Shown here: positions 51,501-62,468 of the stretch, in pieces
How positions within the stretch are numbered: the first letter of the stretch is position 1
Layout of the letters: every line of letters begins with the position of its first letter
IMG/VR virus record: IMGVR_UViG_3300020445_001256
Location: 23,448-87,447 of that record
From: a virus
Reading direction: 5' to 3' (one strand)
Length of the DNA stretch: 64,000 nt
Notes under the pieces: model-generated
What the model was told of the DNA's origin: nothing
Database searches by the model: none
Seen by the model: the letters and a program-made list of their open reading frames with translations, nothing else
Program-made: the position numbers and the translations under genes

Positions 51501-53458
51501 TTTATCCATATGCTATTGGTCCAAGATATTATGGATCACCTTTATTTGAAGGTGACACACCACCACCAGCACCTACAATATTCCCAACTGTTGCAGAGGG
51601 TGATGTTGTTTTAAGTACTGATAATCCTGGACAAGTATCTTATATTAAGATGACTAAGAAAGGTGATAATTATTTTGGTGCTGCAACTGCAAGAATTTTA
51701 GGTGGTGAAGGAAGTGGTGCTACAGGAACACCTACTGTTCAAACAGTTACTGGTCTTTCATTAACTAATCAAGGTAGAAATTATGCAACTCCTCCAACAC
51801 TTATCTTTGAAGGTGGTGGTGGTCAAGGTGCTCAAGGTGCTGCTGAAGTTGATATATTAGGTAAGGTTACATCAATTAGTATTGTTAATCAAGGTGAGTA
51901 TTATGATGAACCTCCATATGTTTTAATTACTGGTGGCGGTGGATTAGGTGCTAAAGCAGAGGCAACTGTATCTCAAGGTAAAGTTACTGGTATTAATGTA
52001 ATAGAACCTGGTGATGGATATACTGGATCACCTAATGTTATCTTTACAAAACTTGTTAATCTTAAACGTAAGACAAGAGCAAGACAGGCATTTAACTCAT
52101 CTAATATATTCTTAACTGGTCTTGTTAAAACTGTTGCACCAGCAGATACTACGATATATGTTAATTCTACTGCTGCTTATCCAGGATCTGGTACTATTAT
52201 TCTTAATAGAGAAACTATTACCTACACTTCTAAAGGAGCAGGTAGATTTACTGGTGTAACCAGAGGTGTTAACTTTAATTACGACCAGAGAATTATTCTT
52301 GATGCTGGACAAAATGATTCTGAAGGTAATTCAACTTATCAATTCCAAGTTGGTGATAGAGTTATTAGAAAAGTTGAAAATGCTGCTAACAAGGTTGCTA
52401 AAGTATATGACTGGGATCCTTCAACTAGAGAATTATTAGTTGTATTTGAAATTGATGAATTAGCATTTATTGATGGTGGATTACCTTCTACAGAAGATGC
52501 AATCGTTCAGTTTGATGCTGGTGTTGCTGCTTCTGCTCCAAGTGGGTTCCAACCTCATGTTGTTTTACAAACAGCAAATGAAGTAGGGCAAGTTATACCA
52601 CTTTTAACTGCACCAACACTTACAACATTACAAGATGCAGCATTTGAAGATGATGATGAGAACTTGGGTACAGGTGATGGAATACCTGATCTTGTAAATA
52701 CAAGTACTGATTTTGAAAATCAAATTAGTCTTGATGGTGGTATCTATAGTTCACTATATGGTATTGAAGCAACTCAGGGTGGTCAAAACACTACTCTATT
52801 CCAAGTTGGTGATAATATTAAGGATGGTTCAATACCATTTAAATATGCCACTGTAGGGACTGCAGGTGCTCTTGCAGACGGTGTAGACCATACTGCACTA
52901 GTCAAACTATACCTTGATGCTAATAACGCTAATGGTCAAAGTTTCAGTGTTAATGAAGTTGTAACGGGTAATATCTCTGGAGTTATTGGAACTGTTGTTA
53001 CTTGGGATCCTGTAGAGGTAAGTCTTACTGTTAAGGATATTGTTCCTTATAATACAGGTGATGTTAATGTTGGTATAGGTGGTTATCTTTATAAATTCTC
53101 TGAGAAGGGTACTATAGTTGATTATTATGTTCAAACAGCAGGAACTAACTATACACAAACTCCAACACTAGCAGTTGAAAATATTGGTGATATACAAGCA
53201 ACAGGAACAGTTAATATGACCACTGCTGGTGACCAAGTTGCAAGTATTACTATAACTAACGGTGGTTATGGTATTACACAATCTGTTGATGGATCATATA
53301 ACCTTCATCCTACAGTAACATTTAATAATGGTGCAGGTGACACCACTGGTTCAGGTGCTAAAGCATATGCAATTATGGGTGGTGAAAACATCGTTGGTAA
53401 TGGTGGTGCGACTTATCGTATCAAATCAATTGAATATACTACACAGGTTCGTTCGTAA
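48518..53458 (+). CDS. 1646-aa virion structural protein with a split YHYH domain and GxGY repeats
   Basis: GHSKILGMSFDGYPIYGPYG, LDAYNGKFAVTPEYPNGTYAY, repeated G.GY..P.V motifs. Confidence 0.8.
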   Translation: MARTVPGSGAVINPIFDETFGVRAVEVLKGGSGYSVSDPPKLSVTGCGTPDVEALLYPIIDSDSGKIIHVRVLNRGSGYDPLRLQIIPQGETPNVVTSFDFNRIWQTHPNSTTTGAFSGTTDRLLIASDNHPKPTWTQAEAAPGGGPLVDRTFNQTFVFRGGKDVPNNGTRENQQDKVVGILANGGLLHTPEWGPDGNAPPGHSIDAVKNNYVKSNDAYDVVTENNIKYYHSNKLINEWELKNGVFDWGLLRPFTWNIKVEYDNIMLQVTDVDETLGTITVGRLVDEIAGNARGEIAKVVRNNQNVVTRIYLRDLSTSASFSQGDGCLGSNGFNFKIQEVPLAFPTGVFYIDFGTEASEFGSFTPGTYYMAPENIKVQRNYLIIWNQSDSSNSQGAQGHPMRFSTTPDGPLNQTPGTLYYKSTGVTEAPAADYENEYQPLFIMNQDESARIYYHCAYHTHMSGYTGDEGYMIFDSTVDNDPRPNTYYTDNFYQSDSNNPATIDRSRHTDGHSKILGMSFDGYPIYGPYGYLLGGTSIITTTPSLSYYGGLFYQVGDGYPTVAQTGSGSGAVVNITEIGTYQTGGIQSFTIAEGGSGYAVGDKIRILHKYDGAFVSGYTHSSWNANGDRTAGVYGEVGTASEFTVQASWTSANGIGGKPKVTVDADGSVSNVTLGGNGPEAIPGPDGNMGYNYVEDEVITIPGNYIGGSSPAGDIEVRVAWATDDDSGVATITAIGAGIGKETSGYRLKTSLELAGNRPAVTTASTVTYTVTSSNGKYLFDGASPSFLNLERGKTYVFNLNSATNDSQQLLIGINEDGWHSQNPVVIGDTTQLFGGPGITYTIDGATVSYTGYLTGFNGATTRSITFQVPATAPAALYLFAYTTADYGLRTVQDGYILGDLIDDNIFDESVLWDSGTAYVIGETVKNSSDVIYEATAAINSGGSQPVHTTGTTSNWKFLGKKGSLDAYNGKFAVTPEYPNGTYAYYMIEDSSGNPVYPYAIGPRYYGSPLFEGDTPPPAPTIFPTVAEGDVVLSTDNPGQVSYIKMTKKGDNYFGAATARILGGEGSGATGTPTVQTVTGLSLTNQGRNYATPPTLIFEGGGGQGAQGAAEVDILGKVTSISIVNQGEYYDEPPYVLITGGGGLGAKAEATVSQGKVTGINVIEPGDGYTGSPNVIFTKLVNLKRKTRARQAFNSSNIFLTGLVKTVAPADTTIYVNSTAAYPGSGTIILNRETITYTSKGAGRFTGVTRGVNFNYDQRIILDAGQNDSEGNSTYQFQVGDRVIRKVENAANKVAKVYDWDPSTRELLVVFEIDELAFIDGGLPSTEDAIVQFDAGVAASAPSGFQPHVVLQTANEVGQVIPLLTAPTLTTLQDAAFEDDDENLGTGDGIPDLVNTSTDFENQISLDGGIYSSLYGIEATQGGQNTTLFQVGDNIKDGSIPFKYATVGTAGALADGVDHTALVKLYLDANNANGQSFSVNEVVTGNISGVIGTVVTWDPVEVSLTVKDIVPYNTGDVNVGIGGYLYKFSEKGTIVDYYVQTAGTNYTQTPTLAVENIGDIQATGTVNMTTAGDQVASITITNGGYGITQSVDGSYNLHPTVTFNNGAGDTTGSGAKAYAIMGGENIVGNGGATYRIKSIEYTTQVRS

Positions 53459-53463
53459 CCTTC

Positions 53464-53470
53464 ATAAATA
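53464..53470 (+). promoter_or_regulatory. T4-type late promoter
   Basis: ATAAATA just upstream of gp8. Confidence 0.7.
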
Positions 53471-53496
53471 AACAAGAGGACAATAGTCACTAGGAA

Positions 53497-55029
53497 ATGG
53501 CAGCTCTATTAACTGATCAATTTAGAATTTTTTCAGCTCAAAAATTCATTAAAGCTCTTGAGGGTCCAGATGCAACCCAGAGCGACACGGCTGCGGGTGC
53601 AACGAGAGATCGTTTGTACTTGTTTATTGGAAGACCGCAAAGTTGGGACAATGAAAACTCGCCTCCACAGGCAGTTGATTCATTCTCAGAATTTTCTGGT
53701 GCTTATGATGATATGGTTTCTCTGAAGAGAGTCCTTGCTTCAGATACCGTTCAGGTGGTTCGTAGAATTGACTGGGTTTCTCCAGAACAAACTACTGGTG
53801 GATTAGGTTTTACCTATGACATGTATCGCCAAGACTATTCTCCTAGTAAAACTGCTGCATCTGGTGCTACTAAACTATATGATTCTGACTTTTACGTTGT
53901 AAACTCTCAGTATCAAGTATATAAGTGCATCTATAACGGAACTTCACCTTCCGATCCTAACGGAAAACCTTCGACTGTTGAACCAACTGGAACATCTACT
54001 TCAATTATTACCACTGGTGATGGTTATCGTTGGAAGTATATGTATACTATTCCTGTTGCATCAGTTCTTAAGTTCTTCTCTACAGACTATATGCCTGTCT
54101 TTACTAATGATTCTGTAAAGACAAATGCTGTTGCTGGTGAGATTGACACTGTAGTAATTAATGCTGCTGGAACTGGTTATAACAACGGAACTTATGATAA
54201 CGTTGCTATTAATGGTGACGGAACAGGTGGTCGAGTTTCCATCGTTGTTGACGGTGGTAAAGTCATTTCAGCAACTGTTACCTCTGGTGGTACTGGTTAT
54301 ACCTTTGGTAAAATTAGTGTTGATAATATAACTGGTATTGGAACAGGAACTGGTGGACAAGTTGATGTTATCATTCCTCCTCCTGGTGGTCATGGTTCTG
54401 ACGCAGTTGTAGAAATTGGTGCTTTCCGAGTTATGATTAACGCCAAACTCTCATATGATGAGGGTGCAGGTGACTTCCCGATTGATAACGACTATCGTCG
54501 TATTGGTCTAATTACTAATCCTTTAAAGTTTGGAACTGCAGAATTAATTGCAGACTTGACTGTTTCTGCTACTAAAGCAGCAATTTTCTCACCTACTTTC
54601 CAAGGTAATTACGTTCCTGATGAGATCATTACTCAAACACGTGTTGTTGGTGGAACCAACGTTACTGCTCGTGCAAGAGTTATTTCATGGAATGCAACAA
54701 CAAAAGTTTTGAAATACTATCAAAACTCTGTAGATGGTATCTTCCCTGAAGTTACTGGTACACAAAATGAGTTTGATGGATCTAACGTTATAAGTGGAGC
54801 GACATCTGGTGCAGCTGGTCAACCTGATGTTAACTTCCCTGCCGTCCCTAATTCTTCTTCTAGAACCATTAATAATACCGAGTATGACTTGGGTATGAAA
54901 TTTAATAATGGTTATGCAAAACCTGAAGTCGCTTCAAGTAGCGGTTCAGTTGTTTACATAGATAATAGGAGATCTATTAGTCGTGCAAACGACCAGGTAG
55001 AAGATATTAAAATCGTAATCGAGTTCTAA
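53497..55029 (+). CDS. gp8: baseplate wedge subunit gp8
   Basis: MAALLTDQFRI, YLFIGR, VVRRIDW, VYKCI.N, DGYRWKYMYTI, IDNR...Q.EDIKIVIEF. Confidence 0.92.
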   Translation: MAALLTDQFRIFSAQKFIKALEGPDATQSDTAAGATRDRLYLFIGRPQSWDNENSPPQAVDSFSEFSGAYDDMVSLKRVLASDTVQVVRRIDWVSPEQTTGGLGFTYDMYRQDYSPSKTAASGATKLYDSDFYVVNSQYQVYKCIYNGTSPSDPNGKPSTVEPTGTSTSIITTGDGYRWKYMYTIPVASVLKFFSTDYMPVFTNDSVKTNAVAGEIDTVVINAAGTGYNNGTYDNVAINGDGTGGRVSIVVDGGKVISATVTSGGTGYTFGKISVDNITGIGTGTGGQVDVIIPPPGGHGSDAVVEIGAFRVMINAKLSYDEGAGDFPIDNDYRRIGLITNPLKFGTAELIADLTVSATKAAIFSPTFQGNYVPDEIITQTRVVGGTNVTARARVISWNATTKVLKYYQNSVDGIFPEVTGTQNEFDGSNVISGATSGAAGQPDVNFPAVPNSSSRTINNTEYDLGMKFNNGYAKPEVASSSGSVVYIDNRRSISRANDQVEDIKIVIEF

Positions 55030-55032
55030 CGA

Positions 55033-58000
55033 ATGGCACAGAATACTAATTTAAACGTAACACCGTATTACGACGACTTTGATAAAGCAAAGAACTTTTA
55101 TCGAGTGTTATTCCGTCCTGGATTTCCAATACAGGCAAGAGAACTTACCAGTATGCAATCCATCCTGCAAAATCAGGTGGAGAATATGGGAACCCATATG
55201 TTCAAGGATGGAGCAATGGTCATTCCTGGGCAAATTGGTTACGATTTAGAAGTTGATGCGATTCAGGTTCAAGAGAGTTTCTTGGGTGCTGATGTAGAAA
55301 ATTATCGTTCTCAACTTACAGGAAAAATTATTACAGGTCTTACCTCTGGTGTTAAGGCTAAAGTTCTTTATAGTATTTCTGCTACTACTTCTGAAAAAGG
55401 TTATATTACTTTGTATCTAAAGTATATTGAATCTGGAACAGAGACAGGTGGTACTGAAAATACACAACAAACATTTATTAATAATGAGCAGTTAGTTACT
55501 GATACTGAGATTACTTTTGGAACCACTTTGATTGAAATTGGTTCACCATTTGCTCAGTTATTACCTACTGCTGCAATACAAACTGGTTCTGCTGCATATG
55601 TTCAAACTGGTGTTTACTTCATTAGAGGATTCTTTGTAGACGTTCCTTATCAATATATTCTCCTTGATCAGTATGGAAGCACACCAAAATACAGGATCGG
55701 TCTCGAAATTCTGGAATCGATCATCACCCCAGAAGATGACTTATCACTCAATGATAACGCTGCAGGAACATCTAATTATGCTGCTCCTGGTTCTCACAGG
55801 TTCAGAATAACTACTAACCTAGTTAAGAAATTACTTACAGATGAAGCAGATAAAGACTTTATAGAATTACTGCGTATTAATGGAGATAAAGTTGAGAAAT
55901 TAGTTGATCGTAGTGCATATGATGAACTAGAAAGATCACTTGCTACTAGAACTTATGAAGAGTCTGGTGACTATGTGGTTGATGATTTCCAAATCACAAT
56001 GCGTGAAAACTTAGATGATGGATTTAATAACGGTGTATATGCAACTGGTGATACTACTGCTGATGGTAATTCAGCAGCAGAAAATCTTTTTGCTGTTGAG
56101 TTTGGACCAGGTACTGCATATGTTAGAGGATATAGAATTAAAACTCTTGCTCCAACCTATGTTGACTTAGCAAAACCAAGAGATACAAACTCTGCACAAA
56201 ATACGATTGTTCCTTTTGAATTAGGAAACTATTCTAAAGTAACGAATACTTTTGGATTCTTAAACACTTCTGGTTCTACAATTTCTAATGCATATCAGAC
56301 AGTAGAATTACGTGATAGATTTACAGCAACTCCTGGTGACAGTGTAGGTAATCTAATTGGTTATGCTCGTGCTGCTTCACTTGAGTTTTTAACTAATCCA
56401 AATGGAACATTTGGTGATACTGATGACCAGTATAAACTACACATGTTTGATGTGCAGATGTTTACTGTTATTCAATTAGCATCTGCTCAAACTATTCAAA
56501 GTACTGCTGCTGATAATAGAGGATCTTTAATTGTTGGTAAAACAACTGGTGCTAGAGGTTATATAGTTGCTCCTATATCAAGTGCTACACATCTACAAGT
56601 GTATCAGGTTGAAGGGGTATTTGCAAAAGGTGAAATGGTCACTGTTGATGGTTTAGATAAAGATACCATTACTAATGTTCATACTTACCAATATTCTGAT
56701 ACTCGTCAAGTTCTTTCTAGAGATGAAAGCACTAGTAATGTAGAATTTACTGCTGATATTATTTTAGAAGATCTAAGAGGACTTCAAGGTATTACATTTA
56801 CATATGATGCTACGGGTGGTTCAGAGAAAATTACGGGAACAAATTCTAACTTTGCTGCTGATCTACGTGCTGGAGATAGAATCTACTTTAATGAAACTAA
56901 GTATGTTGACGTTGATTATGTAGACCCAACCAATTTAGCATCTGCTAATGGTTCTACTATCTTTAATTATTCAACTCAAGTAGCACTTGTAACTCCTGGT
57001 GGAGGTGGTGCTGCTCCTAGTGCAGGAACATATACACAGCTACTTCGTTATAGAGGTAAGTTACTTGAAGTTGATAAAGCAACTTTAATTAAGGAAATGC
57101 CTAAGCCTTATGTTAAGAGCATTTCTGATGAATCTATGATTGTTAGAAGAACGTTTGATAACCAAACTGTTTCTTCTAGTTCACTTTCAATTACTCTTCC
57201 TGAGAATGAACAGTTCCAAGCAATTACAGATGCTAATTATACTCTAACTGTAATGGGTGGATCTAATGGTACTTATCCTGTTGGCGATCAATTACCTGTT
57301 GATACTGTAAACTCTGGTGGTATAGGATATACTGCTTTTGCTGATCCAGCAACTAAGACTACTCTTAATATTTCAAACCTAACAAATATTACATCAGTTA
57401 AAGTTACTGCATCTATTTCTAAGAACGTTACAACTAAAAAGACAAAATCACCAACAAATATGTTTGTCTTGAAAGTTAATCAGAGTCAAGAGAATTTAGA
57501 TAAGATGAAATATGGTCTTACTTATTCTGGTGTATATGGAACTAGAATTGAAGATCAAGAATTATCTTTAGGATTAACAGATGTATTTAATGTTCATGCT
57601 GTATATGAATCCTTAGATGATCTTGATCCTGTAATTCCATCAGTTACTTTAGTTGAACCTGCTTTCTTTGCTAATAAGAGTATTGTTACTGGTAGAACTT
57701 CAAAGGCAAGAGCAAGAGTTGTTGATTTTAACTCAAGTACTTTAAAACTAACAGTTGTTTATCTAGAAGGTAAGTTTGTTTCTGGTGAAACATTAGATGG
57801 ACTTAATAGTAGTAATGTTGCTATTCAAGGTATTATTAATGACTCTGTAGGTTCTGTTATTGCTGGATCTAAAGTAATTACAGATCGTTATACTTTACAG
57901 AACGGTCAAACTGATTTCCTTTATGGTATATCTAAACTGACTAGAGAGAAAGGTGTTGCACAACCTATTAGAAAATTAAAAATAGTTTTAGATTACTATA

Positions 58001-61000
58001 CACATGCTGCAACTGGAGATTACTTCGGTGGTCAATCTTATCTTGATACTAACTATGCAGATATTCCATTCTACTCTGGTTTATTCTTACCTGATTTCTT
58101 AGATTTCCGTCCAGGTGTTAAAAACTTATTTGCAGGAACAGGTACTGTTGCATCACCAGCATATGTTCAGTTACCATCATTAGACTTTAGATCAAGAATC
58201 TTCCCAACTTCTGGTACACCTTCAGCAACGTTGTTTGATGTTCCTCAAGTTAATAGTGATTTTAGATGTGATTTTGATTGGTATTTGTCAAGGGTTGATA
58301 AAGTATTTGTTCTCCCTAGTGGTGAATTCCAGATCATTAAAGGTAAGTCTGCAGAGAATCCTACTGAACCAGATGATTTACAGGATGGTATGCTATTAGC
58401 AGTACTAAAGCATGATCCTTATACATTTGATACTTCTGACGATACTATTATCATAAAGTCTGATAATAAGAGATATACCATGAGAGATATTGGTAATATC
58501 GAAAATCGTCTTAATAATGTTGAGTATTATACATCACTTAACATGCTTGAATCAGATACATTTAATACTGAAGTTTTAGATTCATCTGGTAAGAGTCGTT
58601 TGAAGAATGGTTTTATTGTAGATGACTTTACAGATCATTCTAAATCTGACATGGAAGAAGAAGACTATAGTGCTTCATTGGATTATGAGTCAGGAACATG
58701 TCATGCTTCACACTATACTACTAATGTTTCTTTATTACTTGATAGTTCATTATCACAAAATGTCCAGCAAACTGGTCCTCTAATTACACTTCCATATGTT
58801 GAAGAGGCATTAATTATACAACCATATGCTTCTAGAGTTGAGAATGTAAACCCATTCAACGTTTTTGCTTATATTGGACGTATTGATTTAACTCCTGCAT
58901 CTGATGACTGGGTAGATACTAATCGTCTTCCAAGAAGAGTTACTAGTATTGAAGGTAACTTTAGAGCAACTAGAAGAAGACTTAATGTAGACCAAAATGG
59001 ATTTGCTCCAACACAATGGAGAGCATGGAGGACTACTTGGACAGGAACATCTCGTGGTAGTTGGAATAGATGGAGAGAGCATACTTTTGCTAACTTTGTT
59101 CCAGGTAGAGGTCGTCGTGTTCTTGGTAGTAGAACAACTACTACAACTCGTCGTCAAACAAGATCTGGTATTAGAACTAGAGTTGTACCAAGGATTGATA
59201 GAAGATCATTAGGAGATAGGATAGTATCAGAAACTTCAATACCGTGGATTAGGTCTAGGAACGTTGAAGTTGTTGTTGCTCGTATGAAGCCAAGAACTTC
59301 ATTCTTCTCATTCTTTGATGGTCAGAAGATTGATGATTATATGATTCCTAAAGTTATTGAACTTATTAAAAACTCTTCTACTGATAGTAGAACTAACTCA
59401 ACACCATTCGTGGTTGGAGAATTAGTTAGAGGTTTAACAAGTGGGTGTAGATTTAGAGTTGCTGCACCAAATGACTTCTACAAGTACAATCAGTATGATG
59501 ATACTGAGATGCCATCATCTTATGCATCTACTACAGCATTCTTAAATATTGATACTGAATCACTTGCTAGAAGAGCAGTAGGACGTTACTATGGTAACTT
59601 CCAAGTTGGTGAAGTTCTACTTGGACAATCTGGTGCAAGAGCAGTTGTTAAAGATCGTAGATCAGTTACAGATAGATTAGGGCAATGGAAGGGAGCATTC
59701 TTTATTCCAAATCCTAGAAATAGGTCTAATCCACGTTGGTCAACTGGTGATAGAACTCTAAGACTTACTACAAGTAAGACTGATTCTAGACTTCCAGGAG
59801 CAGTTTCTTCATCTGCAGAGACTGAGTACTCAGCAAAAGGAACACTTAGGAGAGTTCAAGAAAACGTATTAGCAGTTAGAAATGCTAGACTTGTAAGAGA
59901 CACAACAACACAAAGAAGAACTAGAAGATCAACTAGAACTGAAACTCGTCAGGTTGGTTGGTGGGATCCACTAGCACAATCATTCTTAATAACAGAAGAA
60001 GGTGGTACATTCATTACTTCAGTGGATGTATATTTCAACACTAAGGATACTAATATTCCGATCTCTATGCAGATCAGAACAATGGAAAATGGTTATCCAA
60101 CAACTACTATTCTCCCATTCTCTGATACTACAGTAACTCCTGATAATGTTCAGATCTCTGAAACTGGTGCTATTGCGACTAAGTTTACATTTAGAGCACC
60201 TGTTTATATTCCACAGTCTATTGAACATTGTTTTGTTCTATTCTCCGATTCCAACTCTTATCAGGTTTGGATTTCTAGAATGGGTGAATTGGATATTTCT
60301 GGAGACAGAACTATATCTGAACAGCCTTATGCTGGTGTTCTATTCAAATCACAGAACGCAACTACTTGGACAGCAGACCAATATGAAGATCTTAAGTTTA
60401 TTGTAAATAGAGCGAAGTTTACTACTGGTTTAAATTCTAGAGTTACACTTACCAATGCTCCTTTAGATGTAGGTAATAATGGTAAGATTACTTTAGCTCC
60501 TGATCCAATTCAAACTTATCAACCAGAGTTACAACTTAATACTGCAGCATCTAACTTAACTGATACACCGTTTACTATTGGTGCTCGTGTTTATCAGAAA
60601 CAGTCTCTTGCTCAAGGAACCATTACTGCGAAAGCAAATAAAGGTGGTGGTGGATTTACTCTAACCATTAATGATATTAGTGGCACTTGGGTTGATGCAC
60701 AAGCAATTGTGTCATCTAAGACCACTGGAACGATAACTCTAACAAGTACTTCTGGATATGCAGTTGGTGACGTAATTACTGGTGGAACTAGTAGCACTAC
60801 TTCTACAATTACTGCAGTAACCAATGCAACCACTTTGGCAGTTAATTATCTTTCTGGAGCATATACTAACGGTGAGACAGTAACTGGTGACGGTGCTGGA
60901 GGAGGAACTGCAAACCAATCAACAACAGTTCCTGGATCTGGAACTAATACTGTTCCTGCTGGAGACAGAGTAAGTTCTGCTACAGTTCAAGCAGCAACTC

Positions 61001-62247
61001 AATCAGGTTCTCCTACTTATGATACAGGTAATAGAAAGATTAGAGTAGCACATTCTGATCATGGTATGCATGACTTAGATAATAACGTTATCATTGAAGG
61101 TGCTATATCAGAAGTATCTGATACTTATCTAACATCTGCTATATCAGCATCTGATACTGCTGTTAATGTAAATGATGCTACGGCATTCCACAAAATCGTT
61201 AACGGTGCTGCAATTAGTGCATCCAATGTAGGATACATTAAGATTGAAGATGAGATCATGTCTTATTCAGCAATTAGTAATGATGGTAAAACTATTACAG
61301 TTCACGAAAGAGGACTTGATGGAACTACTGGTGTAACACATGCTGATGAATCTGTTGTTGAATGTTATAACCTTGATGGTATACCTCTAACAGAAATTAA
61401 TAAGACTCATGTTGCTATTGCTTCTCCTACACTTGATGGTTACGAGATAGCAACAACTTCTCTTGGTAGATTGGGTATAAGATCTGGTGGTGACGCAATT
61501 GTTGCAACTCAGAACGTTCAATACGAAATCTTAGTACCTCAGATTGAAAGAATGTTATTACCTAAGACAGATATTACTGCAAGGGTTAATACCATTACTG
61601 GTACATCTATCAATGATGGAACTACAATGGGACAAAACTCCTTTAGTAATACAGGAGAGTTTATAGATGTAAACTTAAGTGAAGATAATCCTTTTGATTC
61701 TCCTCAGTTGATTTGTTCTGAACAGAATGAGTCTGCAGAATTGAATGGTGCTAAGTCATTTAGAATGGATCTAACTATGATTAGTAGTTTAGCAACAGTA
61801 TCACCTGTTGTAGATACTGATAGAATGTCAATTACTACTGTAAGTCAAAGGATTAATAATCCTGCTAATGTTGATAGTGCTAAACTTGCTATTGGTGACG
61901 AACATGCTGCTGTTTATATTAGTAAGGTTGCAAGTCTTACTAATAACTCAACATCTATTAGGTTGATGTTTGCTGGATACCGTCCACCAAATACTTACAT
62001 AAAACCCCTATATAGAGTGCTCCCTGCTGGATCAACAGATCCTATAGAATCCTATGGATTTGAATGGTTCCCAACAGAAGGGGCTAAAATTCCTGAAACT
62101 ACTGAGTTGGAATTGTATAATGATTACGAGTATGAAGTAACTGGTTTGGACTTCACAGCATATCAAGTTAAACTTGTTCTTGTGTCTGCAAACCAAGCAT
62201 ATGCACCAACTCTTAAAGAACTCAGGGCAATCGCACTCGCTGTATAA
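55033..62247 (+). CDS. 2404-aa DUF4815/VrlC-like virion structural protein
   Basis: NLNVTPYYDDFD...LFRPG.PIQARELT, APGSHR, RYTMRDIG, KNGFIVDDF, DPLAQSF, LFKSQN..TW. Confidence 0.85.
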   Translation: MAQNTNLNVTPYYDDFDKAKNFYRVLFRPGFPIQARELTSMQSILQNQVENMGTHMFKDGAMVIPGQIGYDLEVDAIQVQESFLGADVENYRSQLTGKIITGLTSGVKAKVLYSISATTSEKGYITLYLKYIESGTETGGTENTQQTFINNEQLVTDTEITFGTTLIEIGSPFAQLLPTAAIQTGSAAYVQTGVYFIRGFFVDVPYQYILLDQYGSTPKYRIGLEILESIITPEDDLSLNDNAAGTSNYAAPGSHRFRITTNLVKKLLTDEADKDFIELLRINGDKVEKLVDRSAYDELERSLATRTYEESGDYVVDDFQITMRENLDDGFNNGVYATGDTTADGNSAAENLFAVEFGPGTAYVRGYRIKTLAPTYVDLAKPRDTNSAQNTIVPFELGNYSKVTNTFGFLNTSGSTISNAYQTVELRDRFTATPGDSVGNLIGYARAASLEFLTNPNGTFGDTDDQYKLHMFDVQMFTVIQLASAQTIQSTAADNRGSLIVGKTTGARGYIVAPISSATHLQVYQVEGVFAKGEMVTVDGLDKDTITNVHTYQYSDTRQVLSRDESTSNVEFTADIILEDLRGLQGITFTYDATGGSEKITGTNSNFAADLRAGDRIYFNETKYVDVDYVDPTNLASANGSTIFNYSTQVALVTPGGGGAAPSAGTYTQLLRYRGKLLEVDKATLIKEMPKPYVKSISDESMIVRRTFDNQTVSSSSLSITLPENEQFQAITDANYTLTVMGGSNGTYPVGDQLPVDTVNSGGIGYTAFADPATKTTLNISNLTNITSVKVTASISKNVTTKKTKSPTNMFVLKVNQSQENLDKMKYGLTYSGVYGTRIEDQELSLGLTDVFNVHAVYESLDDLDPVIPSVTLVEPAFFANKSIVTGRTSKARARVVDFNSSTLKLTVVYLEGKFVSGETLDGLNSSNVAIQGIINDSVGSVIAGSKVITDRYTLQNGQTDFLYGISKLTREKGVAQPIRKLKIVLDYYTHAATGDYFGGQSYLDTNYADIPFYSGLFLPDFLDFRPGVKNLFAGTGTVASPAYVQLPSLDFRSRIFPTSGTPSATLFDVPQVNSDFRCDFDWYLSRVDKVFVLPSGEFQIIKGKSAENPTEPDDLQDGMLLAVLKHDPYTFDTSDDTIIIKSDNKRYTMRDIGNIENRLNNVEYYTSLNMLESDTFNTEVLDSSGKSRLKNGFIVDDFTDHSKSDMEEEDYSASLDYESGTCHASHYTTNVSLLLDSSLSQNVQQTGPLITLPYVEEALIIQPYASRVENVNPFNVFAYIGRIDLTPASDDWVDTNRLPRRVTSIEGNFRATRRRLNVDQNGFAPTQWRAWRTTWTGTSRGSWNRWREHTFANFVPGRGRRVLGSRTTTTTRRQTRSGIRTRVVPRIDRRSLGDRIVSETSIPWIRSRNVEVVVARMKPRTSFFSFFDGQKIDDYMIPKVIELIKNSSTDSRTNSTPFVVGELVRGLTSGCRFRVAAPNDFYKYNQYDDTEMPSSYASTTAFLNIDTESLARRAVGRYYGNFQVGEVLLGQSGARAVVKDRRSVTDRLGQWKGAFFIPNPRNRSNPRWSTGDRTLRLTTSKTDSRLPGAVSSSAETEYSAKGTLRRVQENVLAVRNARLVRDTTTQRRTRRSTRTETRQVGWWDPLAQSFLITEEGGTFITSVDVYFNTKDTNIPISMQIRTMENGYPTTTILPFSDTTVTPDNVQISETGAIATKFTFRAPVYIPQSIEHCFVLFSDSNSYQVWISRMGELDISGDRTISEQPYAGVLFKSQNATTWTADQYEDLKFIVNRAKFTTGLNSRVTLTNAPLDVGNNGKITLAPDPIQTYQPELQLNTAASNLTDTPFTIGARVYQKQSLAQGTITAKANKGGGGFTLTINDISGTWVDAQAIVSSKTTGTITLTSTSGYAVGDVITGGTSSTTSTITAVTNATTLAVNYLSGAYTNGETVTGDGAGGGTANQSTTVPGSGTNTVPAGDRVSSATVQAATQSGSPTYDTGNRKIRVAHSDHGMHDLDNNVIIEGAISEVSDTYLTSAISASDTAVNVNDATAFHKIVNGAAISASNVGYIKIEDEIMSYSAISNDGKTITVHERGLDGTTGVTHADESVVECYNLDGIPLTEINKTHVAIASPTLDGYEIATTSLGRLGIRSGGDAIVATQNVQYEILVPQIERMLLPKTDITARVNTITGTSINDGTTMGQNSFSNTGEFIDVNLSEDNPFDSPQLICSEQNESAELNGAKSFRMDLTMISSLATVSPVVDTDRMSITTVSQRINNPANVDSAKLAIGDEHAAVYISKVASLTNNSTSIRLMFAGYRPPNTYIKPLYRVLPAGSTDPIESYGFEWFPTEGAKIPETTELELYNDYEYEVTGLDFTAYQVKLVLVSANQAYAPTLKELRAIALAV

Positions 62248-62468
62248 TGGACGTACCTGTTAAAGACCACGCTGGATGGTTTCGTGATAATAGCGGAGCT
62301 ATCCAATGTGCTGATACCTCAACATATGATAAGTATATGAAGGGGTATAGAGCAGAACAAAAGAAACGGAAAGAATTTGTAGCTTTACAAAATGACGTTT
62401 CTGCGTTAAAATCAGATATGAGTGAGATAAAATCACTTTTACTAACGTTAGCTGACAAATCATCATGA
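62247..62468 (+). CDS. conserved small late protein
   Basis: RD.SGAI...coiled coil LKSDMSEIKSLL; coupled to the upstream gene. Confidence 0.75.
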   Translation: MDVPVKDHAGWFRDNSGAIQCADTSTYDKYMKGYRAEQKKRKEFVALQNDVSALKSDMSEIKSLLLTLADKSS

